Below, piece after piece: positions 19,753-29,432 of a stretch of DNA of 64,000 bases; the first letter of the stretch is position 1; each line of letters opens with the position of its first letter. A program made the translations under genes and the position numbers. The notes beneath the pieces were generated by a model. It was given only the letters and a program-made list of their open reading frames with translations, did no database searches and was not told the DNA's origin. The stretch spans positions 436,535 to 500,534 of the forward strand of contig CAVTQU010000008.1 of the NCBI GenBank assembly GCA_963736895.1, given 5' to 3'. The DNA comes from an uncultured Chloroflexia bacterium (GTDB lineage Bacteria; Chloroflexota; Limnocylindria; Limnocylindrales; CSP1-4).

Positions 19753-20961
19753 CTAGATGATCTGATTCGTCTTCAGCTCCGCGATGGTGGGCGGGTCGTA
19801 GCCGAGCTCGGCCAGGATCTCGCCCGAGTGCTCCCCGAGGAGCGGCGGTGCGGAGCGGATCGAGGCCGGCGTGTCGGACAGCTTGTAGGGCAGGCCGACC
19901 TGGCTGATCGGGCCGAGCCGCGGATGATCGACAACCTGCGTCATGCCGCGGGCCTGGGCCTGCGCCTGGTCAAAGGCCTCAACGACGCCGTTCACGGGCC
20001 CGCTCGGCACGTCCGCCGCGTCGAGCGCGGCGAGCCAGTTGGCCGACGGCTCCGAGATGAACCGTGCCGCCAGAAGCGGACGCAGCTCGGTGCGGTTGCG
20101 GACGCGCGCGTCGTTGTCGGCGAACCGTGGATCGGCGGTGAGATGGTCAAGGCCGAGGGCATGGCACAGGCGCGGCCACTGCCGTTCGCTGCCCACGGCA
20201 ACGGCAATCTCGCCATCCGCTGTAGCGAACGTCTCGTAGGGCACGATGTTCGGATGTGCGTTGCCGCGCCGATCTGGTGAGTGCCCGTTGACGAACGCGT
20301 TCTGGGCCTGGTTGATGAGCATCGCCAGCGTTGATTCGAGAAGCGACACGTCGATGCGCTGGCCGACGCCGGCGCGGATCGCGGCCAGGATGCCAACCGT
20401 CCCGAGCAGACCGGTGACGATGTCCGTGATCGCCACGCCGACCTTGGTGGGCTGACCGCCGTCGGCATCGGCAAAGCCGGTCACGGACATCAAGCCGCCA
20501 ACCGCCTGGGCGATGAAGTCGTAGCCCGGCTTGCCCGCGTCTGGGCCATCGGCGCCGTAGCCGGTGATCGCCAGGTGAACGAGGCGCGGATTGATCTCAG
20601 CGAGACGGGAGTCGTCGAAGCCCAGCTTGGCCAGCCCGCCGGGACGATGGTTCTCGATGAGGACGTCCGACTTCTCGAGCAGCCGCCCGAGGACCTCTTG
20701 CCCCTGTGGCTGCCGGAGATCCAGTCGCAGGCTGCGCTTGTTTCGATTCACCGCCAGGAAGTACGCCGCGACGCGTTCGCCGTCGGCCTCCACCCACGGC
20801 GGGCCATACCCGCGCGTGGCGTCTCCGTCGGGTGGCTCGACCTTGATCACGTCGGCACCGAGATCGGCAAGCACCATCCCGCTGTACGGCCCGGCAAGAA
20901 CCGTGGACAGCTCGAGGACGCGGATTCCCGCCAGCGGGCCGGGGTGCGCTTCTTCGCTCAT
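19753..20961 (-). CDS. CaiB/BaiF class III CoA-transferase
   Basis: GPLAGIRVLEL, LADLGADVIKVEPP-GD, NRNKRSL, DVLIENHRPG, APPLLGEHS. Confidence 0.93.
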   Translation of the reverse strand: MSEEAHPGPLAGIRVLELSTVLAGPYSGMVLADLGADVIKVEPPDGDATRGYGPPWVEADGERVAAYFLAVNRNKRSLRLDLRQPQGQEVLGRLLEKSDVLIENHRPGGLAKLGFDDSRLAEINPRLVHLAITGYGADGPDAGKPGYDFIAQAVGGLMSVTGFADADGGQPTKVGVAITDIVTGLLGTVGILAAIRAGVGQRIDVSLLESTLAMLINQAQNAFVNGHSPDRRGNAHPNIVPYETFATADGEIAVAVGSERQWPRLCHALGLDHLTADPRFADNDARVRNRTELRPLLAARFISEPSANWLAALDAADVPSGPVNGVVEAFDQAQAQARGMTQVVDHPRLGPISQVGLPYKLSDTPASIRSAPPLLGEHSGEILAELGYDPPTIAELKTNQII

Positions 20962-20996
20962 GCCTTTGCGATCGTAGCGGGCCATAATCCGCGCAC

Positions 20997-21818
20997 GTGA
21001 TCGGCCTCGAGCTCATCGCCTTCGCGGTTGCCCTGGGGGCCGGCGTTTTCGGCGCGCTGGTCGGCGTCGGTGGCGGCCTGATCATCGTGCCGCTGCTGGT
21101 CGCGTTCGGGGTCGAGGTCCACAGCGCGATCGGGGTGAGCCTGCTCGGCGTGATCAGCGTCTCGACCGCCGGCTCGGTTTCGTACCTGAAGGCCAGGTTC
21201 GTCAATCAGCGCCTCGGCCTCACGCTGCTCGTGGCCACGGCCGCGGCGGGCATCATCGGCGGCTACGTCGCGGGACTGCTCGACGCGCGCACGTTGAGCG
21301 CCGTCTTCGCGCTCGTCCTGGTTGTCGTGGCAATCGAGATGCTGCGCGCGCGGACACGGCCGCCAGCCGAGGTCGTGGGCGAACCGGGCGCCTACGAGAT
21401 CGACGCGAGCTACGTGGAGCCGACGACCGGCGAGACGATCGACTACCGCGCGCGACACGTCCGTCTCGCGATGGTCGTGTCACTCGCGGCGGGCGCCATG
21501 TCCGGCTTGCTGGGTATCGGCGGCGGGATAGTCAACGTACCAACGATGAACGTGTTGATGGGCGTGCCCATTCGGGTCGCCACGGCAACGAGCACGTACA
21601 TGCTGGGAGCGACCGCGGCTGCCAGCGCCGTTATCTACCTGAGTCGCGGGCAGATCGACGGCCAGCTGGCGGCGGCCGTGGTTTCCGGAGTCTTCATCGG
21701 CGCCACTGTCGGCGCCCGCATCTCGCGACGTGTGCCGCGAGACGTATTGAGCCTCATCTTCGTTGCCCTGGCCGCAATTCTGTCCGCCCAGATGGTGTTG
21801 CGGGTAATCGGAACATGA
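20997..21818 (+). CDS. Sulfite exporter TauE/SafE family protein
   Basis: GALVGVGGGLIIVP and GLLGIGGGIVNVP repeats; about 8 TM helices. Confidence 0.9.
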   Translation: MIGLELIAFAVALGAGVFGALVGVGGGLIIVPLLVAFGVEVHSAIGVSLLGVISVSTAGSVSYLKARFVNQRLGLTLLVATAAAGIIGGYVAGLLDARTLSAVFALVLVVVAIEMLRARTRPPAEVVGEPGAYEIDASYVEPTTGETIDYRARHVRLAMVVSLAAGAMSGLLGIGGGIVNVPTMNVLMGVPIRVATATSTYMLGATAAASAVIYLSRGQIDGQLAAAVVSGVFIGATVGARISRRVPRDVLSLIFVALAAILSAQMVLRVIGT

Positions 21819-22105
21819 CGGCCAACCAAGCCGTGACCATGCTCACGATCCGCGCCCTGCGTGCCGGTTCCGCCTTCGCCATCACGATGCTGCTGGCAGG
21901 CCTCGTGCTGACCGCGGTCGGTAGCGACGTGGGGGTTCGCGCCGCGCTGCTGGGAGTGCTGGCGATGATCGCCACGCCTGTGCTTGGGCTGGTCGCGACG
22001 ACGATCGAATCGTGGGATCGCGACCGCACGTCAGCCCTGCTGGCTGTCGCCGTTCTCGGCGTGCTGGTGGTCGCCAGCGGCGTGGCCCTGTTCGTCGGCC
22101 GCTAG
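21815..22105 (+). CDS. Small membrane protein (DUF1634-like partner of TauE)
   Basis: ATGA overlap with tauE; 3 hydrophobic helices; IATP motif. Confidence 0.65.
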   Translation: MTANQAVTMLTIRALRAGSAFAITMLLAGLVLTAVGSDVGVRAALLGVLAMIATPVLGLVATTIESWDRDRTSALLAVAVLGVLVVASGVALFVGR

Positions 22106-22138
22106 TTGGCCGCCAGGCAAAAAGTGCCGGACAAACGA

Positions 22139-22169
22139 GCACGGCCCGGGGAGGGGGCCCGGGCCGTGC
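22139..22169 (-). terminator. 12-bp perfect hairpin between convergent genes
   Basis: GCACGGCCCGGG-gaggggg-CCCGGGCCGTGC; followed on the minus strand by TCGTTTGT. Confidence 0.5.
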
Positions 22170-22356
22170 CAATTCGATGCGGGAGCGCCCCGTCACCAGA
22201 CGCTTCGCATTTGTTGGGATCTCTTGTTAGGCCGAACTCTAAGCGCAGAGCGCGGAGCAACCCATAGCGCATGGCTGATTGAGGCTTGCATCTACATAAC
22301 GTGCGTAGATATTCGTCGCGGCCGAATCGGCCGCATAAAAGCCTCGAACTGGCCGG

Positions 22357-24024
22357 CTAGCCTGCGGTGACTCCGGCCATCACGGCCTTCTCTGCCAACC
22401 CGACGGGCAGTCGTCCGCTGCCCGCCAGAGTGTCGTGGAACTCGCGCAGGGCATGGATCGGGATGTCAGCGCGCGGCTGGCTGGCCAGTCCCCGTGCCGC
22501 GAGGTAGCGGTCGCGAATACGCAGGATCTCGAGGCAGCCCGTGAGGTAGGCCGACGCCTGGGTTGGCCACGAGCAGTAGCGACCGACCTCGGCCTTGGCC
22601 GTGGGCTCGGTCAGCGACGTCTTGGCGATCATGAACTCGACCGCCTCGTCGTGGGTCATCTCACCCATGTGCAGGCTCGTGTCGACCACGATCCGCGCTG
22701 CGCGGAAGATCGTCGCTTCCAGGTGGTAGAGCTCCTGGATCGGCTCGGTGAAGAAGCCGCGCTCGCGCATGACGCGCTCGGCGTAGAGGCCCCAGCCCTC
22801 GCTGAAGTAGGGCGTGCCAAGAACGAGCCGCAGCGGCGGCGCCATGATCTTGCTCCAGGTGATGTGCCAGTGATGGCCCGGATACGCCTCGTGCACCGCG
22901 GTCGTTGGGATGCCGCCATAGGAGTTCGAGGCGAGCCGTTCCTGGATTTCTTCCTCGCTTGTGCCGTCCGGCGCGATCGGCACGAAGAAATGTCCCTGCC
23001 GTCGATCGCTGAATGACGGCGGTCCGCTGTAGGACGCGACTGCGAATAGCGGGCGGGTAAAGACAGGCGCGGGCTCGACCGAGCACGACTCGCCCTCGGG
23101 CAGGGTGACCAGGCCGGTTGCCACTAGAAACTGGCGCGACTTCTCGGTCCACTCCGCGTAGGCGAGGCGCATCTCTTCCTCGGTCCGCGGATGGTCCTCG
23201 TTTGCCTCGTGCAGGACCTTGCCCCAATCCGGTGAGCCATTGATCTGTCGCGCCAGCTCCTGCATCTCAGCGTCGAGGCGGTCGTACTCCACCTGTCCCA
23301 GCTCCCGTAATGAGCGGGCGTCGTAGTCGAGTCGCTCACGTTCCTGGAGCTGCCTGGTGTAACGCTCCTCGCCGTATTTCCATTCACCGGTGGCCTGCTC
23401 GGCGAGCGTTACCAGGTGTTCCGCGTAGTCATCGAGAGCGTCCCCAGCTATGGCGCCCGCCTCCTGGAGGCGATAGCTCTGGGCGTCCGTCTCGGCCTCG
23501 GTGGCCAGCATCGTGCGGGCGTACGTGGCACCGGCACGTGCCGAGGCCATCCCGCGCTCGACGATGAGCCGGCTTGCCAGCTCGGGATCGAGGTTTGCCT
23601 TCGCTTCCTGTAGCGCGCCGGGCACCTGCTCGAGCCGCGACACGGCCGCGTCGACGAGTTCGGCCGTCGGCCGCAGGTGGTTGAGGAAGAGGTAGAAGAG
23701 GCCGTTGAGGATGGGGCCCGAATAGATGGTCGGGTCCCGTTTCCACGCCTGCCAGTCGGAGTGGATCACTCGACCACGCAGCGTGGCCATGGCCAGCTGG
23801 CGGTCGATCTCCTGGTCCGCGGTGAGGCCTTCGCCGGCTGCTTCGAATCGGTCGAACCATTCCTGCGCATCGGTATCGCGCTTATGAAAAGCAGCGGCCG
23901 AAAGGTCGTCCAGCCTGTCGTCGTACTCAGTTTTGCCGTGGTACGAGGCCATGACGGGGGACGTCTCGAACTCGTTCGTGATGAACTCGTCGACCAAATT
24001 GTCGAAGGCGTCGTTACCTGTCAT
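22357..24024 (-). CDS. DUF885 family protein (zinc metallopeptidase-like)
   Basis: HEAYPGHH, YFSEGWGLYAE, RAARIVVDTSLH, PTQASAY. Confidence 0.92.
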   Translation of the reverse strand: MTGNDAFDNLVDEFITNEFETSPVMASYHGKTEYDDRLDDLSAAAFHKRDTDAQEWFDRFEAAGEGLTADQEIDRQLAMATLRGRVIHSDWQAWKRDPTIYSGPILNGLFYLFLNHLRPTAELVDAAVSRLEQVPGALQEAKANLDPELASRLIVERGMASARAGATYARTMLATEAETDAQSYRLQEAGAIAGDALDDYAEHLVTLAEQATGEWKYGEERYTRQLQERERLDYDARSLRELGQVEYDRLDAEMQELARQINGSPDWGKVLHEANEDHPRTEEEMRLAYAEWTEKSRQFLVATGLVTLPEGESCSVEPAPVFTRPLFAVASYSGPPSFSDRRQGHFFVPIAPDGTSEEEIQERLASNSYGGIPTTAVHEAYPGHHWHITWSKIMAPPLRLVLGTPYFSEGWGLYAERVMRERGFFTEPIQELYHLEATIFRAARIVVDTSLHMGEMTHDEAVEFMIAKTSLTEPTAKAEVGRYCSWPTQASAYLTGCLEILRIRDRYLAARGLASQPRADIPIHALREFHDTLAGSGRLPVGLAEKAVMAGVTAG

Positions 24025-24093
24025 TCAGCCCTTCCGATGCTCGGCGTGGCGCCAGGGGCGTCACTGACTCGATGCTATCCCTCGCCGCCGTTT

Positions 24094-24955
24094 CTAGGGT
24101 GCCTTCGGGTCGAAGAATCGACAGCGATAGGCGATGGCGCACCGTTCGTGATCGGGTCGTTGTGCGTGGCAGGTCCGTCGGCCATGAGTGATCAGGTTGA
24201 CGTGCGCCTCGTGGACCTCGCCGTCGGCCAGCAGGGCCTGGAGGTAGTCGTGCGCCTGCTCGGCCGTGGCTTTCGTCGGGATCAGGCCGATGCGCTTGCT
24301 CACCCGCTCCACGTGTCGATCGACCGGCATCAGCGGCATGCCGAAGGCGAACAGCAGGACGACCGAAGCCGTCTTCCGCCCGATTCCCGGGACGGAGGTC
24401 AACCATGCCAGTGCCTCCTGCGGTGGGAGATCGGCCAGGAACTCGAGAGAAAAGTCGCCCCGCTCGTCGAAGATGCGACGCAGGACGGCCTGGATTCGCG
24501 GCGCCTTGGTCGGTGCGAGGCCACCGGGGCGGATCGTGTCGATCAGCTCGTCCAGCGGCGCGTCGGCCACGGCGGCCCAGTCGGCGACGCTTTCGGTGAT
24601 GCCGACTCCTCCCCAGCCGGCTCGAAATCCGCTGCCCTGACCGGGTTGCGCCGCGCCAGGCTGGGCCGGCCAGCGGCGGCACAAGAGGTCGAATGCCTTT
24701 TCGGCGTTGATGTCGGCGCTGTTCGCCGACAGCATGGTCAGGATCAGTTCGCTCGTCGGGTCGTACACGCGTTGCCACGTTGGTTGGCCGTACATGGAGC
24801 GCAGCGCAAACAGCGTGTCCTGCAACGAGCCCCGGCCGGTATCGAGTAAGCCTGTTCGTCCAGGCGCGCACCGGATCGACCTTGCGGCGCTTGACCTTCT
24901 TCTTTGCCGCGGTCGCCTTCGCAGTGGTCGCCTTGGCGGCGGTCGCGGCCATCAC
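24094..24955 (-). CDS. nth: Endonuclease III (HhH-GPD DNA glycosylase), frameshift near 24828
   Basis: LILTMLSANSAD, PGIGRKTASVVL, MPVDRHV; Fe-S motif C-x6-H-x2-C-x5-C; basic N-terminal tail in the upstream frame. Confidence 0.88.
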
Positions 24956-26124
24956 AATGCCTCGCCCAGCGTGACGAGTCTCGCGGCGCGCTCAGCGGCC
25001 CTGATGAGCGGCGCGGCTCCCGCGGCCATTGCCTCCTCGAGAGTCGTCGGCTGCTCCGCGACCGGCACGACGATCGCGCCAAGCGCGCCAAGCGCGGCGA
25101 TTCCTTCCGGTGTCGCGCCTCCCCCGAACGCCACGCAGGCCCTCCCCGCGTCACTGGCGCGCTGGGCAACGCCTTGTGCGGTCTTGCCGAAGCTGGTCTG
25201 CTCGTCGATCCGGCCCTCCCCGGTGAGCACCACATCAGAGGTCGCGAGGGCTTCGTCGAAGCCGGTCAGCTCCATGACGATCTCGACACCAGGCCGGATC
25301 GCGAACGACGCGAATCGATCCGCGATTGCCAGCAGTCCGGCTGTCGTGCCACCGGCGGCACCCGCGCCGGGCACGTCCCGGATCGTTGCGCCAGACTCCA
25401 CTTCGAGAAGATCCGCATAGCGCTCCAGGTTCGACTCCAGCACGGCGACCTGCGATTTGCTGGCGCCTTTCTGCGGGCCGTAAGTCCGCGCGGCGCCCTG
25501 CTTGCCGAGCAGCGGGTTGCGTACGTCCGAGGCAATCGTGAGCTGCACCTCGCTGAGTATGGGCGAGACGTCGCTCAGGTCCACGCGGGAGAGCCGGGCG
25601 AGCGAGCCGCCGCCGCCTTCATCCAGGGCGATGCCCCGATCGTCGAAGAAACGGACGCCGAGCGCCGAGAGGACGCCTGCTCCTCCGTCAGTCGTCGCAC
25701 TGCCGCCAAGGCCGAGCACGATGTTGCGCACGCCGAGGCCGATTGCCGTTGCCAGGACGAGCCCCGTCCCGAAGGTCGAGGCAGCAAGCGGATCGCGCTC
25801 GTCCGTCTCCAAGCGGGACAGGCCGGAGGCCGATGCCAGCTCGACCACGCCATCGGTTCCGCGGCGCAGGAACGTGGCCCGAATCGGGCGGCCCAGTGGA
25901 TCTCGCGCATGGGCGGGCAGCTCCAGCCAATCCGTGGACGCCGCCTTGATCGCTTCGAGCGTGCCCTCGCCGCCGTCCGCGAGCGGGATAAGCCGGATTT
26001 CGTCTGAAGGTCGGGCGCGGCGCCAGCCATCGCCAAGGGCACGCGCTACGGCCGTGGGGTCGAGCGATCCCTTGAACGAATCGGGCGCTACGAGAACGCG
26101 CAGGGCAGGGTTCAGCCGATTCAG
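24952..26124 (-). CDS. glxK: Glycerate kinase (GlxK/GarK family)
   Basis: In frame upstream of the listed ORF: LRVLVAPDSFKGSL, PLADGGEGT; then STFGTG, GLGGSATTDGG, GAGAAGG, TGEGRIDEQT. Start codon uncertain (CTG at 26124 or 26103). Confidence 0.92.
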   Translation of the reverse strand: MNRLNPALRVLVAPDSFKGSLDPTAVARALGDGWRRARPSDEIRLIPLADGGEGTLEAIKAASTDWLELPAHARDPLGRPIRATFLRRGTDGVVELASASGLSRLETDERDPLAASTFGTGLVLATAIGLGVRNIVLGLGGSATTDGGAGVLSALGVRFFDDRGIALDEGGGGSLARLSRVDLSDVSPILSEVQLTIASDVRNPLLGKQGAARTYGPQKGASKSQVAVLESNLERYADLLEVESGATIRDVPGAGAAGGTTAGLLAIADRFASFAIRPGVEIVMELTGFDEALATSDVVLTGEGRIDEQTSFGKTAQGVAQRASDAGRACVAFGGGATPEGIAALGALGAIVVPVAEQPTTLEEAMAAGAAPLIRAAERAARLVTLGEAL

Positions 26125-28052
26125 GCGGGGGTCGCCACCGCGGCGGTGTCGGTTTCGGCGCGACGTTCCGCATATTCGGGGATGCGGATCATCGGCGGTC
26201 GCTCCTGGTCGGCCAGCTCGATGACCTCAAGGGACAGCTTGCCCGGCCCGGAGCGCGGCAGCTTCATCGTCGACCCCAGCTCGGCAAAGAGCCGCGCCTT
26301 GCGTCGCTCCTCGAGCCGTTTCATGACTGCCTGGAGGATCACGAAGCTCATTCGCGACAGCCCCTCTAGCTCCTGGTTGCGATGGACGCGGATGTCGAGG
26401 TCGACCTGTCCGAAGCCGGGCAGGCCCAATCGCTCCGAAAGGTCGATGAGGTGGCCGATCTCTACCGCATAGCCCGTGAAGAACGGGATCTGCTCGAGTT
26501 GGTCGCGACGCCCGGCGTACTCCCCGGCGAGTGGCTGGATGTAGCCCGAGAGCTCGGGGAAGAACAGGTTGATCAGCGGCCGGGCGACAAGCTCGGTGAC
26601 GCGTCCGCCGCCGCCCTCCTTGAGCACGCCGCCCTCGACGATGGGCCGTTGGTAGTAGGCCTTCACGTACCCGATGCGCGACTCGGCGAGGAGTGGACCA
26701 AGGGTGCCGTAAAGGAACCGCGGGTGCCAGTCGATGACGTCGGTGTCGCACCAGGCGATCAGGTCACCACTCGTCGCGTACAGGCTTTTCCACAGGGCCT
26801 CGCCCTTGCCGCGGTAGCTGCCGTAGCGCGGCAGGATCTCCGAGTGGAGCACGACGCGAGCGCCCTCGGACTCGGCGATCGCGCGTGTGTCGTCGTCCGA
26901 TTCCGAGTCGACCACCACCAGCTCGTCGATCAGCGGGAACTTCTCCATCAGCTCGGCACGGGCCATTCGAACGATCGGCCCGATCGTGGCCGCCTCGTTG
27001 AGCGTCGGCAAAACCGCGCTGATCGTCAGCTCGCGACGCTCCTTCAAGGCCACGAGCCGGCCGATGTCCGCGAACTCGTTGTGGTGGTAGTTCGATTCGG
27101 CGAACCAGCGCTCGACCCGCGCCGGGATGCTTCGTCCGGCCTCGGCGGCTCGGTCGGCCGCCTCCAGCGTCTCGGCTTGCTCGGCTCGTTGCTCGAACGC
27201 TGAGCGCACCAGCGGCTCCCGCGTCTTGACGACGATCACCGTTGGCTTGGCCTGTTGGGCGATCGATTCGGGGAGGGCCCCGAATAGAGCGCCGTCCGCC
27301 TGCGCCACGTCGGTCGGCGTCATTGCGCTGGCGCCCATGACCACCAGCTGAGCTTCGTCGGCCTGCCGAATGATCGCGCCGACCACGTTGTGGCCCTCGA
27401 CCAGCAGTGGCCGCGCCGGATCGCCGCCGTGCTGCTGCACGAACGTGGCGAGGGCGCGTTCTGCCTGGGCGCGAATGCCAGGCCCGATGTCGGGCGGGAC
27501 AACGTGCATCACGTCAACAGTGGCTTCGAAATAGCGACCTAGCGCGCCGGCGTAGGCGAGGGCCAGCTCGGCGTGTGGACCGCCGCGAACGGGAGCCAGG
27601 ATCCGCTCGATGGCCTTCACGCCGCGCTGCTTGACCACCGCGATGTTGCACGGCGAGTCGCGCACGACCTCGTCGATCGTCGGCGAGAAGACGGCCTCGG
27701 CGCCGCCCTTTCCACCCGACCGGCCGCCCCAGCCGAAGATGATCAGGTCGCTCTCTTCCTCGGCGGCGAGCTCGATGATTCCCTCAGCGGCGCGCCGGCC
27801 GATACGGACCACCGTTCGGAGTTCCACGCCCTCGGGCGCAAAGTCGAGCACTCTTTGCAGGAGGCGTCGTGCCTGCCGCGCCCGAGTAGCCCCTTCAGAG
27901 AGCGGCATGCCCTCGGGCACCTCGACGATCCCCAAAGCGGTGAGCACGCCACCGTGAGCGAGCAAAGCCGATCCGATGCGAACCAGGTCGGCCGCAGTCC
28001 TCGGATTTGCCAATGGGATGAGGATTTTCTGAGGCAGTATGGCGGCGCTCAT
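26121..28052 (-). CDS. gpgS: Tandem universal-stress-protein domains fused to glucosyl-3-phosphoglycerate synthase
   Basis: N-terminal KILIPLAN/RILAPVRGGPH USP folds; C-terminal LPTLNEAATIG, GKGEALWKSL, DTD, GGGRVTELVARP, QPLAGEYAG, RVHRNQ. Confidence 0.88.
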   Translation of the reverse strand: MSAAILPQKILIPLANPRTAADLVRIGSALLAHGGVLTALGIVEVPEGMPLSEGATRARQARRLLQRVLDFAPEGVELRTVVRIGRRAAEGIIELAAEEESDLIIFGWGGRSGGKGGAEAVFSPTIDEVVRDSPCNIAVVKQRGVKAIERILAPVRGGPHAELALAYAGALGRYFEATVDVMHVVPPDIGPGIRAQAERALATFVQQHGGDPARPLLVEGHNVVGAIIRQADEAQLVVMGASAMTPTDVAQADGALFGALPESIAQQAKPTVIVVKTREPLVRSAFEQRAEQAETLEAADRAAEAGRSIPARVERWFAESNYHHNEFADIGRLVALKERRELTISAVLPTLNEAATIGPIVRMARAELMEKFPLIDELVVVDSESDDDTRAIAESEGARVVLHSEILPRYGSYRGKGEALWKSLYATSGDLIAWCDTDVIDWHPRFLYGTLGPLLAESRIGYVKAYYQRPIVEGGVLKEGGGGRVTELVARPLINLFFPELSGYIQPLAGEYAGRRDQLEQIPFFTGYAVEIGHLIDLSERLGLPGFGQVDLDIRVHRNQELEGLSRMSFVILQAVMKRLEERRKARLFAELGSTMKLPRSGPGKLSLEVIELADQERPPMIRIPEYAERRAETDTAAVATPA

Positions 28053-29422
28053 GCGCGGCTCCCCGCACCAGCCGCGGTTTCGGGCACGTGAGGGCTCACC
28101 TGGGCCCATCGCGCCAGCAAGTACGGCTTGGCCAGCTCGTAGGCTCGAGCCTGGCGTTCGACGAATTGTTCGGCCTGGTCCGTGGTCAGGTCCTTCGTCT
28201 CAACGATCAGGCTTGCGACGCGACCGAAGTAGACGGGGATCAGCGACGCCACCAGCTTGTCGATCGGCACCAGCCTTTGGTGGTACGCCACGGCCGTGTC
28301 GTAGATGAGTCGAGCCCACGTCTCGTCCGGAAAGTGGAAGCCGCTGTCCTCAGCGGGCGTGGGCTTGTCTGCTCGCCCGGCTGCCTCCGCGGCCCGTCCC
28401 GCCTCCGTTGCCAGCCGCTCGACGGCGGTCAACGTTTCGGGCGCCAGCGAAGTGCGCCACGAGTCGCCTGCTGTCAGCAATCCCTTGGCAAACTCGTCAA
28501 GCAGGCGAGTCACGTTCACCTCGAGAGGGGGCGGGTCGATGATGCGCTCGAAGCCATAGACCGGGATGTCGTGGGTGGCGCTGACCTCGAGCCAACGGTC
28601 GGCATGCGCCTCGGTCAGCCGCAGCAGGGTGCTGACCACCTGGCTGAACATCGGCCCCAGGTCGGAGCCCGGATCCTTCGGGTCGTGGACCTTGGCACCG
28701 AGGCGCGTCTGGCACACGGCGAAGCCGCCGGTGATCGCCTTTGTAGTCATCCAGATGTCGATGCCGAACTTGCTGACGTCGGCGTCCCAGTCGTCCTGCT
28801 CGAGGTAGTGCGCGACGAGATCGCCGCTGACGCCGAAGTCGCCGCCGATGGGCTGACGGATGCGCAATCCGTAGAGGGCCCTTGTCATCGGGTAGGTGAC
28901 GGTGTTGGTGATCGTTCCGTCGTACTTGTAGCGCGAGTAGAGGGGCGCGACGTAGTCGAAGCCGCCCTTCTGGATCGGTCCGGCGAGCAGCTCGATCCAT
29001 TCGGGGATGATGGAACGCAGGTCCGAGTCGACCACGACCAGGGCCTGCACCTTCAGCGCATGGGCGATCTGGAAGATCGTGCGCAGTGCGGCGCCCTTGC
29101 CGCCGACACCGTCTACCTCGGGATACGTGAGGCTGATTCGCTGCAGGCGGTTGCGGGGCCGGACGAGCAGGATGCTCTCGACGTAGTCCGGCGGCTCGGT
29201 CTCGACGACGACGCGTTGGGTGCCATCCGGCGACCCGGCATCCGCGTTGACCAGGACCGGTCGCAGATCGGGGAAGTACTGGACGAGGCCGGCCTGCGCC
29301 GCACGCACCACGTAGCCGATCGTTGCCGCGTTCTTGAACGACGGAATGCCGACCATGATGTCGGCGCTGCCGAGGCGCGCCACCTCTTCGCGAATCGCCT
29401 GGGGGAGGGCGGACGAAGGCAT
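28049..29422 (-). CDS. Glucosylglycerate/mannosylglycerate synthase-like glycosyltransferase (Ggs-like)
   Basis: VGIPSFKNAATI, GKGAAL, DSDLRSI, RYKYDGTITN, RQPIGGDFG, FGIDIWMT, KVHDPKDP. Confidence 0.78.
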   Translation of the reverse strand: MPSSALPQAIREEVARLGSADIMVGIPSFKNAATIGYVVRAAQAGLVQYFPDLRPVLVNADAGSPDGTQRVVVETEPPDYVESILLVRPRNRLQRISLTYPEVDGVGGKGAALRTIFQIAHALKVQALVVVDSDLRSIIPEWIELLAGPIQKGGFDYVAPLYSRYKYDGTITNTVTYPMTRALYGLRIRQPIGGDFGVSGDLVAHYLEQDDWDADVSKFGIDIWMTTKAITGGFAVCQTRLGAKVHDPKDPGSDLGPMFSQVVSTLLRLTEAHADRWLEVSATHDIPVYGFERIIDPPPLEVNVTRLLDEFAKGLLTAGDSWRTSLAPETLTAVERLATEAGRAAEAAGRADKPTPAEDSGFHFPDETWARLIYDTAVAYHQRLVPIDKLVASLIPVYFGRVASLIVETKDLTTDQAEQFVERQARAYELAKPYLLARWAQVSPHVPETAAGAGSRA

Positions 29423-29432
29423 CAACCTGACC

